Origin: Octopus bimaculoides
Taxonomy: Eukaryota
Assembly (NCBI RefSeq): GCF_001194135.2
Contig: NC_068985.1
Location: 101,902,100 to 101,953,839, forward strand
DNA length: 51,740 nucleotides
Direction of reading: 5' to 3'
Position 1 is the first letter of the stretch; each line of letters opens with the position of its first letter. The position numbers were made by a program, and so were the translations under genes. Under the pieces are notes generated by a model, which worked only from the letters and a program-made list of their open reading frames with translations, ran no database searches and was not told the DNA's origin. This document shows, one piece after another, positions 38,723-50,894 of this stretch.

Positions 38723-39513
38723 ATCATTGACATCAGTAGCAACTACAATAACATCAACAATATCAACAAAGATAAGAAAAAAATTCATAAAAAATAGTTG
38801 ATGAAAGGCAAAAGCAGATTACTGAAATGATGAAGTTTATTGGGGGGGGGGGTTAAAGTAAGAGAATTAAAAAAAAACGATAGATCATATTCAAGGAACT
38901 GGAAGAAAATGAAGGATGTAAAGTAGAGATAGAAATATGAAAAAGACGAAAATTTTGAAGAAAGGCAGTTGAAGGAATAAAGTTACAACAGTGATAGAAG
39001 TAATCAAATATAAAAAAAAAAGAATATGAAGAGTAAAATAATTGGAAAAGAACGAAATATAGAAATTCAAACGATAAAAGAAGAATTCAAGTCCATTATA
39101 GTTGACATGTTGCACTATAAATATCGGTCACTGTCGCTGTTGTTCTAGTGATGGCTTTTGAATTTGTCGTTATTTTTGGACATTTTCGTCTTGTTCCTCG
39201 GTCTAGGATGAAAGATTTAAAGACGTTTACCATAACAATGCCTTCATCTTTGCAGGCATAGTATGATTAGGGCTACATCATGAGATTTTTTGAGTTTTTA
39301 CCTTGGTGTGTTACATTAAACGAAATTTCTAGCACGCTAGAGCTCTCCACACTTCGTGGTAGACGGGAAGGCTGAAAGAAATTCCCACGAAGTCTCCCAC
39401 AGTTTCCAAAAGAGAATGCTATCGTCTCCATGATTTAACGCCGTCGAAAGACGATATTGATCCCTGTGAGATTAGAACACAAAACACACACACACCCAAA
39501 CACACACACATAC

Positions 39514-39564
<51 letters not shown>

Positions 39565-40278
39565 AAGAGCTTAAATTAATGTTGCGTAGAAGTTGTCCAG
39601 CATATGGCAGTAACTTTGATGAATAATCGTAGTTGAAATCCATATGGTCATTCTTATACTATAGCTTGTAACAATTAATTCACTAAGTTTTTTATCGTTT
39701 ATTTTCAATTTTTGTTTGAAAATATTCCTAATACTAAAATCTTTAACGGATGCTGCAAAATTTCTGTTAAAGCTCATTAACAATCGAATCGGAAGAATCA
39801 GACATCAAAGAAAATTACGACTGATTTCAACATACAAAAAAATAGTTAACGGTAGAACGAAATCTTTGAAATAGCGTGCAAATCACCCACTACTCGCTTT
39901 AAAATATGTACACATCATTATATAAGTTCTTGAGTGCATCTGGCACGGGAAAACACGAATGCGGTATATAAGAACACGTTCTGTCGTAGGCTTAATCGAT
40001 CAGTGCTCATCTCCCTATAAAGAACATCAGTCAATTATTCTCCTTTCAAATGATCGATTATACGATGACATGAGTAGCGTATAAAATATGGAGGCATTAT
40101 CCTAGAACAGTATCAATAATATCGAAATAACAGACAATATACAACTAGCAAATTTTACTAATAATATTTGATTGAAGCGTGGAATACAAGTTAGCTCTTC
40201 GGTATCACATGCCATTAATGTATTAAATCTAAGGCTGCTAATGAAGTGAAGCGTCCATGGCAATTTATATTTTTCCAG

Positions 40279-40341
40279 GCTGATTCTATAAAGGGTGGGA
40301 GATCATTTCAAATTAGAGGTCCGTGCTACAGGCACAAGCGG
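40279..40341 (+). other. Candidate 63-nt symmetric coding exon (ADSIKGGRSFQIRGPCYRHKR)
   Basis: Acceptor tttatatttttccAG, donor cgg|GTAAGA, length divisible by 3, and only one frame open. Confidence 0.35.
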
Positions 40342-40561
40342 GTAAGACCTCCTATACCAAACACACTCAAGAATCAGATGATGATGTTACTCCCGGATGC
40401 TGATTAGCTCTGCAACCTCAAAACGCAGAGCATAAAATCCGTATAAATTACTAAAATAAATTCAACCTGTTGGTCTACTTTTTCTACACATCCACTGAAA
40501 TGGAAAGGTAAATATTTTGTCTCTAAACACGAAATAAAGAAAGGCAAAATTAACCATGTTT

Positions 40562-41713
40562 TATGGCGAGCGTCATTGACACCCCTGGTGGACTGGAGGA
40601 AAACACGCCCCTGAAGGATATCTTGGGTATAAAAGTGACGACATGATATTCGAAGCTTGCGTCAGATGTTAATATTGTTTTTGTGGTTGTGGGGTATGAA
40701 ATTAAAGGAGAAATCATTAACATGGAAGACTTATTGGCCTGCGTGGTGCAGTTGCAACAACAACAGCAACAACAGCAGTTACAACAACAACTACAACAAC
40801 AACAATACTAACAGTTGCTGTAAAGAATTCTGAAAATACTTCAGTTCTTGTCAGACGACGTAGGAAACTCAATTAGAGAATTTATTTATAACCCACAAGA
40901 AGGTACTACTTATTCTGCATATTTTAGAAGATACGTAGAAATCCTCAAATAAGAATGCAAAAATAAAGTCAATTTTCGACAAGCTGTTACTAGTAATAAA
41001 ATCAAATAGGGGAAAAAAGGCCACAGGCTGAAACATATGAAAGAATAAAAGAATACGACAAAGTATTTAAATGTCGGAGACAAGTTGTTTTTCAAAATAC
41101 TTAAAAGAGGAAGACACAGTTGGGGAGACGGAATAGTAACAAAAAGAAAAGACAAAATGACATATATGTTAAGAGACGAAAAATGGGAACACAGAAGACA
41201 GTAATCCAGTTAATAAATAGATATATGGGAAAAAGAAACGAGATACACATGGAAGTGTTCTATGAAACCTTTGATATTCCAGCGCCACAAGAAATCGAAC
41301 CTAGGCATAGCAGCACGAGAAGGAGGAAACAAACAGAACTTTCCTAAAAGGAAAAAAAAATATTAAATTTCCTTAGGAGGGAAATCTCAATAATAGACCG
41401 GTGATGAAAGAGAAATAAATAAATAACAATAATAATATTAACTTCCAACAGAAATCAATCTCAAAGAGGGAGATGTAGCAAGAGTCAGTGACATCCCTAG
41501 GGGACTGGAAGAATGAACTAGCCGAACGCTTATAAAAAATAGTGTATCGGTTCAGACGGGAGGTCGGTAGGATTTGTCAGAGAGAGTTGGAGTTAATTTT
41601 TGTGAGTTACATGTTAATTGATTGTGAATTAATTATTACTGACTGCTGAAGGCTTCCCCTGCGCGGGTGTGCTTGTATATTTCTGTTGTTTTTTTATTCA
41701 ATTGTATAATGCA
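40562..41713 (+). mobile_element. Internally deleted Gypsy (Ty3) LTR retrotransposon
   Basis: Gln-rich gag-like start MEDLLACVVQLQQQ.. at about 40772. Integrase C-terminal region KIKSIFDKLL, VGDKLFFK..GRHSWGDGIVTKR..MTYM, HMEVFYETFDIPAPQ..RRRKQTEL. Polypurine tract aaagagggaga (41463-41473) directly before TGTAGCAAG (LTR start 41474). A related LTR head lies at 40562. Confidence 0.8.
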
Positions 41714-42384
41714 GAATTTGAATACCTCGGGCCATATCTATGCAGCGGCGGCAAAAGGTGGTAACAATATTGCCTCGTGATTGAATGTAATGGTAGAGGG
41801 CAGGCCTTTGAATTGTTTTTTGTGTAGCAAAAGAGGACACAAAAAAGCGGACTGCTCTCAAAGCAAAGAAAAAGAGAGGGACGAGAGTTCGACGCAGAGA
41901 GAGGCAAACGTGGTGGAGTGTAGAGAAGGAGCTGAAACAGTGGATACAGAAGACGAATTCGTGGAGGTGAAACTGCGGAAAAGAAAAAGTAGAAGGGGTC
42001 TTCCACCGGAGAGGTTGAAAAAGAAAAAAAGAGGCGATGGGAAGCAACAGAGAAAAAAATGGTGACAAGAACAAAAGAAGAGGAAAGTTTGAATGTTTCT
42101 CCTCCGGAGGTGAGGTGAAGAAAAAAAAGAATGGCGGAGGGGGTGAAAATCAGACGAAGAAGAGATGGTATTATGTAGAGTACCAAAAGAGAATACATAC
42201 GGAAACAGAGATCCTGAAAATGATGTCAGTAATACGGGTAAAATTGCCTAAGGATTACGGCAAGGATAAAACTAAAGCAATAATAATAGAACCGAACTGC
42301 TATGAGGAGTTGATAAAAAGGTTCGATATAGGAATGGTGCAGTTTGAAGTCAAGTTTGAAAAGGTGGAACAAGTCAATGGATAG
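41709..42384 (+). pseudogene. Retroelement gag/ORF1-like protein with CCHC zinc knuckle, disrupted
   Basis: ATG at 41709 (MQNLNTSGHIYAAAAKGG..), in-frame TGA at 41778-41780, then VEGRPLNCFLCSKRGHKKADC (CX2CX4HX4C) and a K/R/E-rich tail. A frameshift at about 42040-42065 leads into ORF 42037-42384. No pol/ORF2 follows. Confidence 0.75.
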
Positions 42385-42448
42385 CGAGTATTAAGACTGT
42401 TTTTATTGGAAATACAATGCGTCACTAATCCGATGTGGACTGCCGGTG

Positions 42449-42507
42449 TGCTAAATGTTACTTATGTTAGTCAAATGGTATGCTAAATGTTACTTATGTT
42501 AATCAAA
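42449..42507. repeat. Tandem duplication, 32-bp period
   Basis: tgctaaatgttacttatgtta[g/a]tcaaa at 42449 and 42481. Confidence 0.92.
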
Positions 42508-42550
42508 AATCTTATAATGATTGATTGTAAACAAGATTGATGGTACTACA

Positions 42551-42766
42551 TGTGATGACGGGCGCATGCAGCCATTCATAATTTCATTGTTATATAACCA
42601 TTTCATTCTTATTCGTACTATGTGTTGTCCCCTCTGTGGTGTCCTGTCTGTTCTTGTGTGGCACTCTTGTAGCTATAATAAAGAAACAGGTCGGTAGGAG
42701 TCGTTGAGAGGATGTTTGGGATTCTCACGGAGTCCGTCGTGTGAATACATTGATTTTACCTCCGCA
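42551..42766 (+). mobile_element. Possible solo LTR-like segment
   Basis: TG...CA ends and an internal aataaa. Shares the exact 12-mer aggtcggtagga (42688-42699) with the LTR at 41474 (41561-41572). No TSD found. Confidence 0.3.
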
Positions 42767-42918
42767 TGGTTAAATTATATACACAATGTTTGGTTAGGAT
42801 AAGAAATCATGTACATATTTTAAACATCAAAGCAAGGAGAGCATGCACAATATCACTTTTCAATTGTATCTATGCTCTAAAGACTCAAGCGTTTTGCTTG
42901 GTCTGTCTGTACATGAGC

Positions 42919-42965
<47 letters not shown>

Positions 42966-43687
42966 AGTGTGTGTGGGTGTATGTGTGTCTAAAGATATAG
43001 AAATGTTGTAAAGGACATGTTTCTACATGAAATATATGTTTGATTATTCATGTAACTCTGTTATTATGCTTGTGCGAATGAATCTGTTTACTTAATCGGT
43101 AGAAACTCCCGAACATCAGGGACAGGACGATTTACACTTTTCTGCTAATCTATACTACAACTTGTAGAGCTGGTTGCGGCCGAAGATGCATGTGTGATGT
43201 TGAGGGTAAATAAACAACGGGATTACATGCATATATACATAAAACGAAAGTTTTTCCGATTATATTTTATATGTAAAATGCTACCAGTTCTCATTTAATA
43301 CGTTCAATTTCACTTCACCGAAGTACTCACACACAACAAAACAACGCACACATATACACACCAAACACAGGCACGTATATGGATGGATTATGTATGTAAG
43401 TATATGTGTGTGTATGTGTTCGTATGTGTGTGTGTATGTGTAGATGGTTGAAGAGGAACACACAAGATCATATGTATAAGGAAAATACGACAAGGCAGAA
43501 AACGGTAAAATAGTTTTATCATGAAGTAGACTTTAGTACCGGTTTCAGTCTTTGCAACTTTTTCAACTTATGGTAAAGCATGAAAAACAAATCGTGGAAA
43601 AATTAAATGAAATGTTTTTAAACCTGTACTCAAAGGTACTTCATGATAACGTAGTTTAGTGTTTTTCTACATTGTCTTATTTTCAAT

Positions 43688-43722
<35 letters not shown>

Positions 43723-44058
43723 NNNNNNNNNNNNNNNNNNNNNNNNNNNNNNNNNNNNNNNNNNNNNNNNNNNNNNNNNNNNNNNNNNNNNNNNNNNNNN
43801 NNNNNNNNNNNNNNNNNNNNNNNNNNNNNNNNNNNNNNNNNNNNNNNNNNNNNNNNNNNNNNNNNNNNNNNNNNNNNNNNNNNNNNNNNNNNNNNNNNNN
43901 NNNNNNNNNNNNNNNNNNNNNNNNNNNNNNNNNNNNNNNNNNNNNNNNNNNNNNNNNNNNNNNNNNNNNNNNNNNNNNNNNNNNNNNNNNNNNNNNNNNN
44001 NNNNNNNNNNNNNNNNNNNNNNNNNNNNNNNNNNNNNNNNNGCGTGTGCGTGTGCGTG

Positions 44059-44100
<42 letters not shown>

Positions 44101-45394
44101 GCACGCACACATGTATATAGATATATACATACGTTACATATATATCATCGTATACTTTTACCTTTGATTATATATATATGCATATATGTGTGCGTGCATG
44201 TCTGTGTATGCATGTGTGTGTGTGGAATTATGTATATATAAGTGGTAGGGGCGGGCTTCATATATGTGAATAAATAATGAATTAACGTCTAAAATATTCA
44301 TATTAACGATTATATATTCTACGCCTTCGTAAACATCGATTATTTTACTCTATTCATACGGACTCGTAATACTAGAAGTGGAAAGCCAATAAATCACCTC
44401 ACGTGAATCAAAGCCTATAACTGTAGATTACACGCTACCGCTTATGAACATTATAATATAATTCGGGATATTACTTGACTCTAAAAGAAATAGCAGCCAA
44501 ACCTTCTTCAAATTATAACTTCATATTTTACCGGAGTGATTAATGTTACCATGAAGTGCATGATAGATTATATATGAATGGATGGTTGTCGTCATGACTA
44601 GAATATAGTTGAGCATGTATATCTCATTTATGAGATTTGTTTTGTGTTATATTCTTAAAGCTGTCCTCTGATGGGGAAAAAGTTCAGCCATTTGTACTTT
44701 CCTGAATATGCGTACACACCCATACATATATCTCTGCACTGAGGCAAATGCACAAACACGCAAATACGTGTCGGTAAAATCAATTTTTCTGGGCGCAAAT
44801 TTTTACAAAATCTTAGACGTACCATTAAAACATTGTTCTCAGTGGAGTGATTATAAATTGAATGAAACTTTTCCTTCGTATGCATATATCATAACTTGTA
44901 TGGCTATTCTCAGAATACCGTAAGTTTTTAGATTATATTAAAAGAATATTAATAGAAAAATTATTTCTACATCTCTGATCAAGAAACATGCAGTAACAGT
45001 ACTGTACAGTAAAGATTATTTGCCAACATAATGTGGCAGTCCTGGTTAGGACGAATGCTACTGTTATTTAGCCCCGGGAGACTATCTTCTACCGCTGGGT
45101 TTTGACGCATTATCTGCGCTATCATATTCTAGAAAACAAGTAAGTTTAGTATCCGCACTGAGATCTAAAGCAATATCTCTGTAGTTTCTAATACTAAAAG
45201 ATTTTAATTTTCAATAATGAAAGAGCCTTTTCTCACTTTAGTTATTTTGCGGCATATAATGCGCCGTTTTATTCCCTGCAAAAGTCATCCCGCGCCTTGA
45301 ATGCTGAAGGTCAGGTTTTGGTAATTAATCAATTCAATCTTCGTTAAACTTTCCACATATCAATAAACAGAAGATAACAATAAGACTACTGTAA

Positions 45395-45491
<97 letters not shown>

Positions 45492-45495
45492 GTAA

Positions 45496-45532
<37 letters not shown>

Positions 45533-45536
<4 letters not shown>

Positions 45537-45819
45537 GAAGTAGCTCCAATGTAGAGTCTAAAAACAGAAACAATTCCTATCATTGTTGGTGCATTAGGTA
45601 TGGTTTAAAAAAATATTCAGACAAATACATAGCAAAAACACCTAGTATATATAAAATACAGAAAATGGCACTATCAGGTTCCGCACTTATCTTAAGTAAA
45701 GCACTTTCAATACAGTATAAATCAGAGCACCACAATAAACCACAGCACATACGCAAGGCACGGAGAGCTACCCTCGGTTGTGCGGTGAGAGCACGTGATA
45801 AAAATAAGACTACTGGATG

Positions 45820-45820
<1 letters not shown>
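45533..45820 (+). mobile_element. 5'-truncated RLE-type non-LTR retrotransposon (R4/Dong-like) inside a (TAA)n tract
   Basis: IEVAPM*SLKTETIPIIVGALGMV / SDKYIAKTPSIYKIQKMALSGSALILSKALSIQ resembles the C-terminus of RLE-clade ORFs (IPIIVGALG..IQK.ALLGTA.ILRK). A 3' UTR follows. (TAA)n lies on both sides (about 45425-45535 and 45821-45903). Confidence 0.8.
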
Positions 45821-45903
<83 letters not shown>

Positions 45904-47149
45904 TGGATTAAAACAATGGATAAATAAAGCAGGAAAATTTATTACTGATTATAAACACAAACTTTACATGTCCGTGAGTGTATACTGCTGAGAATTTTGC
46001 TTCTCCGAAATAGAGTAAATTCTGTTAACTGATAAAATACAAGCTTAAATATGATGCCTTGAAATTAGCAGGAAACTATGCAGTTTTGATATTCACGTGA
46101 GGATACTGTATAAATTTTCTTCTTTCGTAACTGCCAGCGTGTGAGTGTACATCTGTATGTTTGAATGTCCTAATGTGTGTGCTTGTGTATGTGTCCGAGA
46201 AAGAGAGAGAGAGAGAGAGCGCGTGTATATGTGTATCTGTGTCAGTATGTGTGTGTGTGTATACGTATGTGTTTTTGCATGTGTGTGTGAAGAATGTTTG
46301 GCGGTTGTATATTTTGACATTCTTTTCTATTCGCTCCATCTGCTGTCATTTATTCATTATTAGTTCTTTTTTCTTTTCTAGTGTTTTTTCTTTTTTTTTT
46401 TTTGTTTACCTCTCAGAACATAACTACTTTCCGAAAGCAAACAGGCTGCTGAACAAACCAAGGCATCATTCAAACCGACATTAAATTACATTCAGCAATG
46501 AAATCCTCATTTATAACAATGTGATATGTCACAGTGTCCATTTATCATAATAATCGATGTTTACTCCAATAATCTGTCAACACGGACGCAATTTTCTATA
46601 CCCTTAGCAAAAAAATGATGACTGTAGGGAAACACGGAATATTTTCATTGTTTGTTCAGTCTTTTATTGTGTCGTTGCTGTTGTTTCCATTATTTGCACA
46701 ACTGTTGCTCCTTAATATTATTGAGAACATATTTTCATTGTTTTTTCAGAATGCATATTCCTGATATGTTGAGTTAGTAATACTCTCAGAACACCTGCAT
46801 CTATTGCTGCATATTATTTGTGCTATTAAATTCCCCATGTTTGAAAATGGTGATAAAACTTTTGTTTCATTCAAGAGACATATTTAACTCTAACGGAAAC
46901 CAAATACAGGAATTTGACAATTTTGCATCGTCAGGATCAAGTCAAACAATTTCACCGATTACCCCGGTTCGGTTGCAGAGATATACTATGTATAACGTAA
47001 TCTTAACATTTTATGTTTACTATAATAATAATTCTTCATTGGCCACAAGTGTGACGCTTGACTTTGCATTAGATAGACAAATAATAAAACATTAGTGGGT
47101 TCACCCGCAGCCCTTTATATGTACATGCATACATACATACATACATACA

Positions 47150-47690
47150 TATCACCATTGCATATTGTAAACCCGTCGTCATGCTCCATCCATATTGGAA
47201 GCAATTTATTAGAATCTAGTACTATATTTCCTCCTATTTCTCTTCGGGATAATTTGAACATGCTCTTGAGGATATGATCGAAGAGGAATATGAATGTTCC
47301 CAGCTCTATCAAGATTGTCCCCCACATGTTTCCTTTAACCATAGGCAGCATGCGAAATAATTTCCCTATCTTTCACGAAAGGTGGTTCTTAGGCCGGACA
47401 AAGCTGACACCCGAATCTGTCCTATGTGTGATACCTGCCTTCCGATCTCACAAAGTCAAGCAAATTGATATATCAGAAATGTTTCCTTACAATTATGTCT
47501 TTTTGCGCTCATCGACCATTGTTTCGGCTGGTAGTAATATAGTACTTGTATAGTTCATCACAAACAGATACGTTCAAACATGTACTGGTAGTATTTTCAG
47601 GTCGTGGATCCGGAGTTGTCTGTAAGTTTGTATATTCCAGGCAAGAAGGCTCAGTAAATCTTCGTCGAAGTCCCATTACAAGCATGTTAT
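47150..47690 (-). pseudogene. Unassigned degenerate reading frame of about 180 codons
   Basis: One minus-strand frame with six stops: WDFDEDLLSLLAWNIQTYRQLRIHDLKILPVHV...GITHRTDSGVSF...KIGKLFRMLPMVKGNMWGTILIELGTFIFLFDHILKSMFKLSRREIGGNIVLDSNKLLPIWMEHDDGFTIC. Family not recognised. Confidence 0.4.
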
Positions 47691-47692
47691 CA

Positions 47693-47768
<76 letters not shown>

Positions 47769-47881
47769 NNNNNNNNNNNNNNNNNNNNNNNNNNNNNNNN
47801 NNNNNNNNNNNNNNNNNNNNNNNNNNNNNNNNNNNNNNNNNNNNNNNNNNNNNNNNNNNNNNNNNNNNNNNNNNNNNNNNN

Positions 47882-47912
<31 letters not shown>

Positions 47913-48704
47913 GAATATATGTCTGTGTGTCTGTGTGAATCCCTAAAACTCCAGAACTACACAACCAATTTCATTCAAATTTTACACATGCCTTACTTAG
48001 GGTCCCGGTTGTGCTTTAGTCAAAAACAATTTTTAACTTCTTGCATAGTTCGAGCCCACAGCAACGTAATATCTCCTCCACTATTTAAGTATTACGAGAC
48101 AAAAGTGAAGCAAAAACACTTATGTCAAATACTTTCACTTTAAAATTGAAACTTTTCCACTATTTCAGTGTCAAAACTGAAGCAATCACATTTCGATACT
48201 GTAATGACAGATACTTTCACTTTAATGGTTTCATTTTCATACTGAATCTACTACACTGAAACTATACTCTCACATATATACAGAAATACATACATATATA
48301 CATACATACGTCTCACATATATACACGCATACATACATATAGTTAATTTACACTGCATGCAAAAATACAGACATATTATATACGGTTCGGTATTAAACAC
48401 ACCCACACAAACAGCTACACATACATATACATACCTTACGACTGACATGCGTGAAGTGCGGGCTGGCCAGTGTCAATACGAAATTTTATTTTCATTTACA
48501 TTAAAACAATACACATTTACTCATCTTACGAGTTAATAATTATCGCAGCAGTTGTAAGGTTGCAAGTTAAAATATAAAATTCCTTGTCTCTCATGTAATG
48601 GAGACAAACGCATGATTCATAGATGTTACGTATAATATTTAATAATAATGATTATATCGGATGCAAAATCATATGTCGCGATAAAACCTAAAAATTATCC
48701 TCCA

Positions 48705-48773
48705 CAGATTACCGATAGAATACGTCATGGGGTCGACTTGCTCGACTAAAGGCGGTGCTCCAGCATGGCCACA
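48705..48773 (+). mobile_element. SINE family A fragment (cut by gap)
   Basis: accgatagaat...ggggtcgacttgctcgactaaaggcggtgctccagcatggcc. Confidence 0.88.
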
Positions 48774-49043
48774 NNNNNNNNNNATATATAATTACATACA
48801 TACATATGTATATAGATATACATATGTGTCTGTGTGTTTATCTGCATATATATATATTGATATACATACGTATACCGCAAAACGAAAGTACCACACAGTT
48901 GGAGTGAATCCTGGTCTATGTTGTAGTGAAGACATCCTCTTACCAAACAGCCACGCCAGTGCCAACATGCTTACATACACATAACCATCTTAGTTAACCT
49001 CTAGGTCCCATTACATATAAGTTGTTTACATTTTTGATTGCAG

Positions 49044-49150
49044 ATGAACAAATGGATAATCACACGTCATACGAAGTCTAGTTAGCTGCAGCATCCGTAC
49101 TCAGATAGTATCTGTTATGTAGAACGGATGTGCCTGACTATGTACTAGAG
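49044..49150 (+). other. Candidate non-coding exon
   Basis: Strong acceptor tttacatttttgattgcAG and donor gag|GTGAGT; stops in all three frames. Confidence 0.3.
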
Positions 49151-49849
49151 GTGAGTGTGTGTTTTACATCTGTGCGTTTGTGCCATGTTCCATGTGATTA
49201 TTTGCATGTCTTCATTGCAGAATAATCGAATAATTAATCATTTGAATAATCTATAAATATTCATGTATACCTGAATTTTCGTGAGTTGGTGTGCGCACGT
49301 GTTTGTGTGTGTAGGGGGAGGGTTTATGTGTATGTGTGGACAACTGAATTTCGTGCGTAGCTAAACGTTGGCACTATATATCCTCAAACAGATCATGTCG
49401 TGAATAACTCCTAAGTATTGTTGTTTTACGCACAGGGCCAGTAAAAATGTGGTGATGGAATGTGTCGATTTCTGTGACTCAGCACCTCTATAATACTGTT
49501 TTGTTATATCTAATCCGGAATGATGAACGGCAAATGTTGAAATCGACGGGATATGAATTTAGAATGCAATGTACCAACGTGAATGACTAATAGTTAGGGA
49601 AAAAATAGTTAACATGCTGGGTTTATAAATCAGTTGTAATCGCGGTTCTTTAACCCCAAGCCAGCGCAGATCAAGCTGACAGGTATGTGACAAAATATTT
49701 TAGTAACAAAACAAAACGTCTTTTCAGCTGAGATAGGATTACATTATTTAATCGGGCTTTTCTACAGTTAAAATGTGTGATTTATCGTTAACGCTACCAT
49801 TATTTCTACACGGAAAGGTCATGAGATCTCAGACACTTTAGAGATTCGG

Positions 49850-50010
49850 AGAAAATGCTTAGATGCATTTCTTTCCAGTAATTTACGTTCTGAGTTCAAA
49901 TCCCTCTGAGGTCGAAATTACCTTTAATTCTTTCGTGCTTGATAGAATAAGTAACAGCCGAGCACTTGGGGGTGATGTAATCGATTTGCCCTTCCCACCA
50001 ATATTTCTAC
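49850..50010 (+). mobile_element. Diverged SINE family B (a more decayed minus-strand copy lies at about 49460-49590)
   Basis: aaatgcttag...tacgttctgagttcaaatcc...gaggtcga...gatagaataagta...gatgtaatcga. Confidence 0.75.
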
Positions 50011-50842
50011 AATAGGCACGCCTATTGTAGAAAGAATGCTTTCCCCTCAGATGAAACAGGTACAGTTTGTGACATTAAATCATGAAATAGGAGTGTTAAT
50101 AACCAGAAGAGTGATATAACTGTGTGGATTATAATTTTCAGAGCCATCAGACACATTCAACTTTCAAAATAACTCCATCGTAATAACCTCTTCAAGCAGT
50201 TACGTCTTGCGCACCGTTTTTGGTTCTTGATTAGAGCGAATTTCTGATTTTATTTATGCATTTCTATTCGTGTCGTTATTATTAAACAGTATGGAGTTTT
50301 CGCTGAATTGCAAATTTTATGGACGATTTTGATGATGGTTTTGTAATACGGTTGATACTTGTTCGTAAATAATATTTTAGTCATGTTTCCAATAATAGAC
50401 ACACATTAATTTTTCAAATGTCCTAAGAAGAAATGATGCCATCATAATTGTTGTCTATAATCTATAATACCCTATTCAGTAAACGCAGTATAATATATAA
50501 AAACATATTGATTCTTCACTCATAAATATAACCCAATTTATGAGAGAGTGCGCTCGCTTGTGTTGTGCAAGTATGTGTGCGCATATGTGTGTGCATGTGT
50601 CTTTTGTGTGTATGTATCGATGTGAGGAGTAGTGTTACTGTATGGATGGTCGTATATATTTCTCTATTTCTCTCTCTCCCTCTCTCTTCCCCCTATCTTT
50701 CTTTCTCTCCATCTCTCTCCCTTTTCGTCCACATATACCTACATAAGCATACACACCAGCAAATATACATGGTTGCATACACACGCATGCGCACATACAC
50801 AAATATCACAGATACACGTATGTATAAATGCATACATATATG

Positions 50843-50894
<52 letters not shown>

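Noticed and set aside
40760-40815. Poly-glutamine ORF as a host transcription-factor exon
   Set aside because: It is closed by stops within a few codons and sits between an LTR head and integrase remnants, so it fits a Gypsy gag start better.
50051-50059. Possible 9-nt microexon (ctttcccctcAG ATGAAACAG GTacag)
   Set aside because: The donor is weak, and such short patterns arise by chance in 50 kb. It cannot be supported without RNA data.
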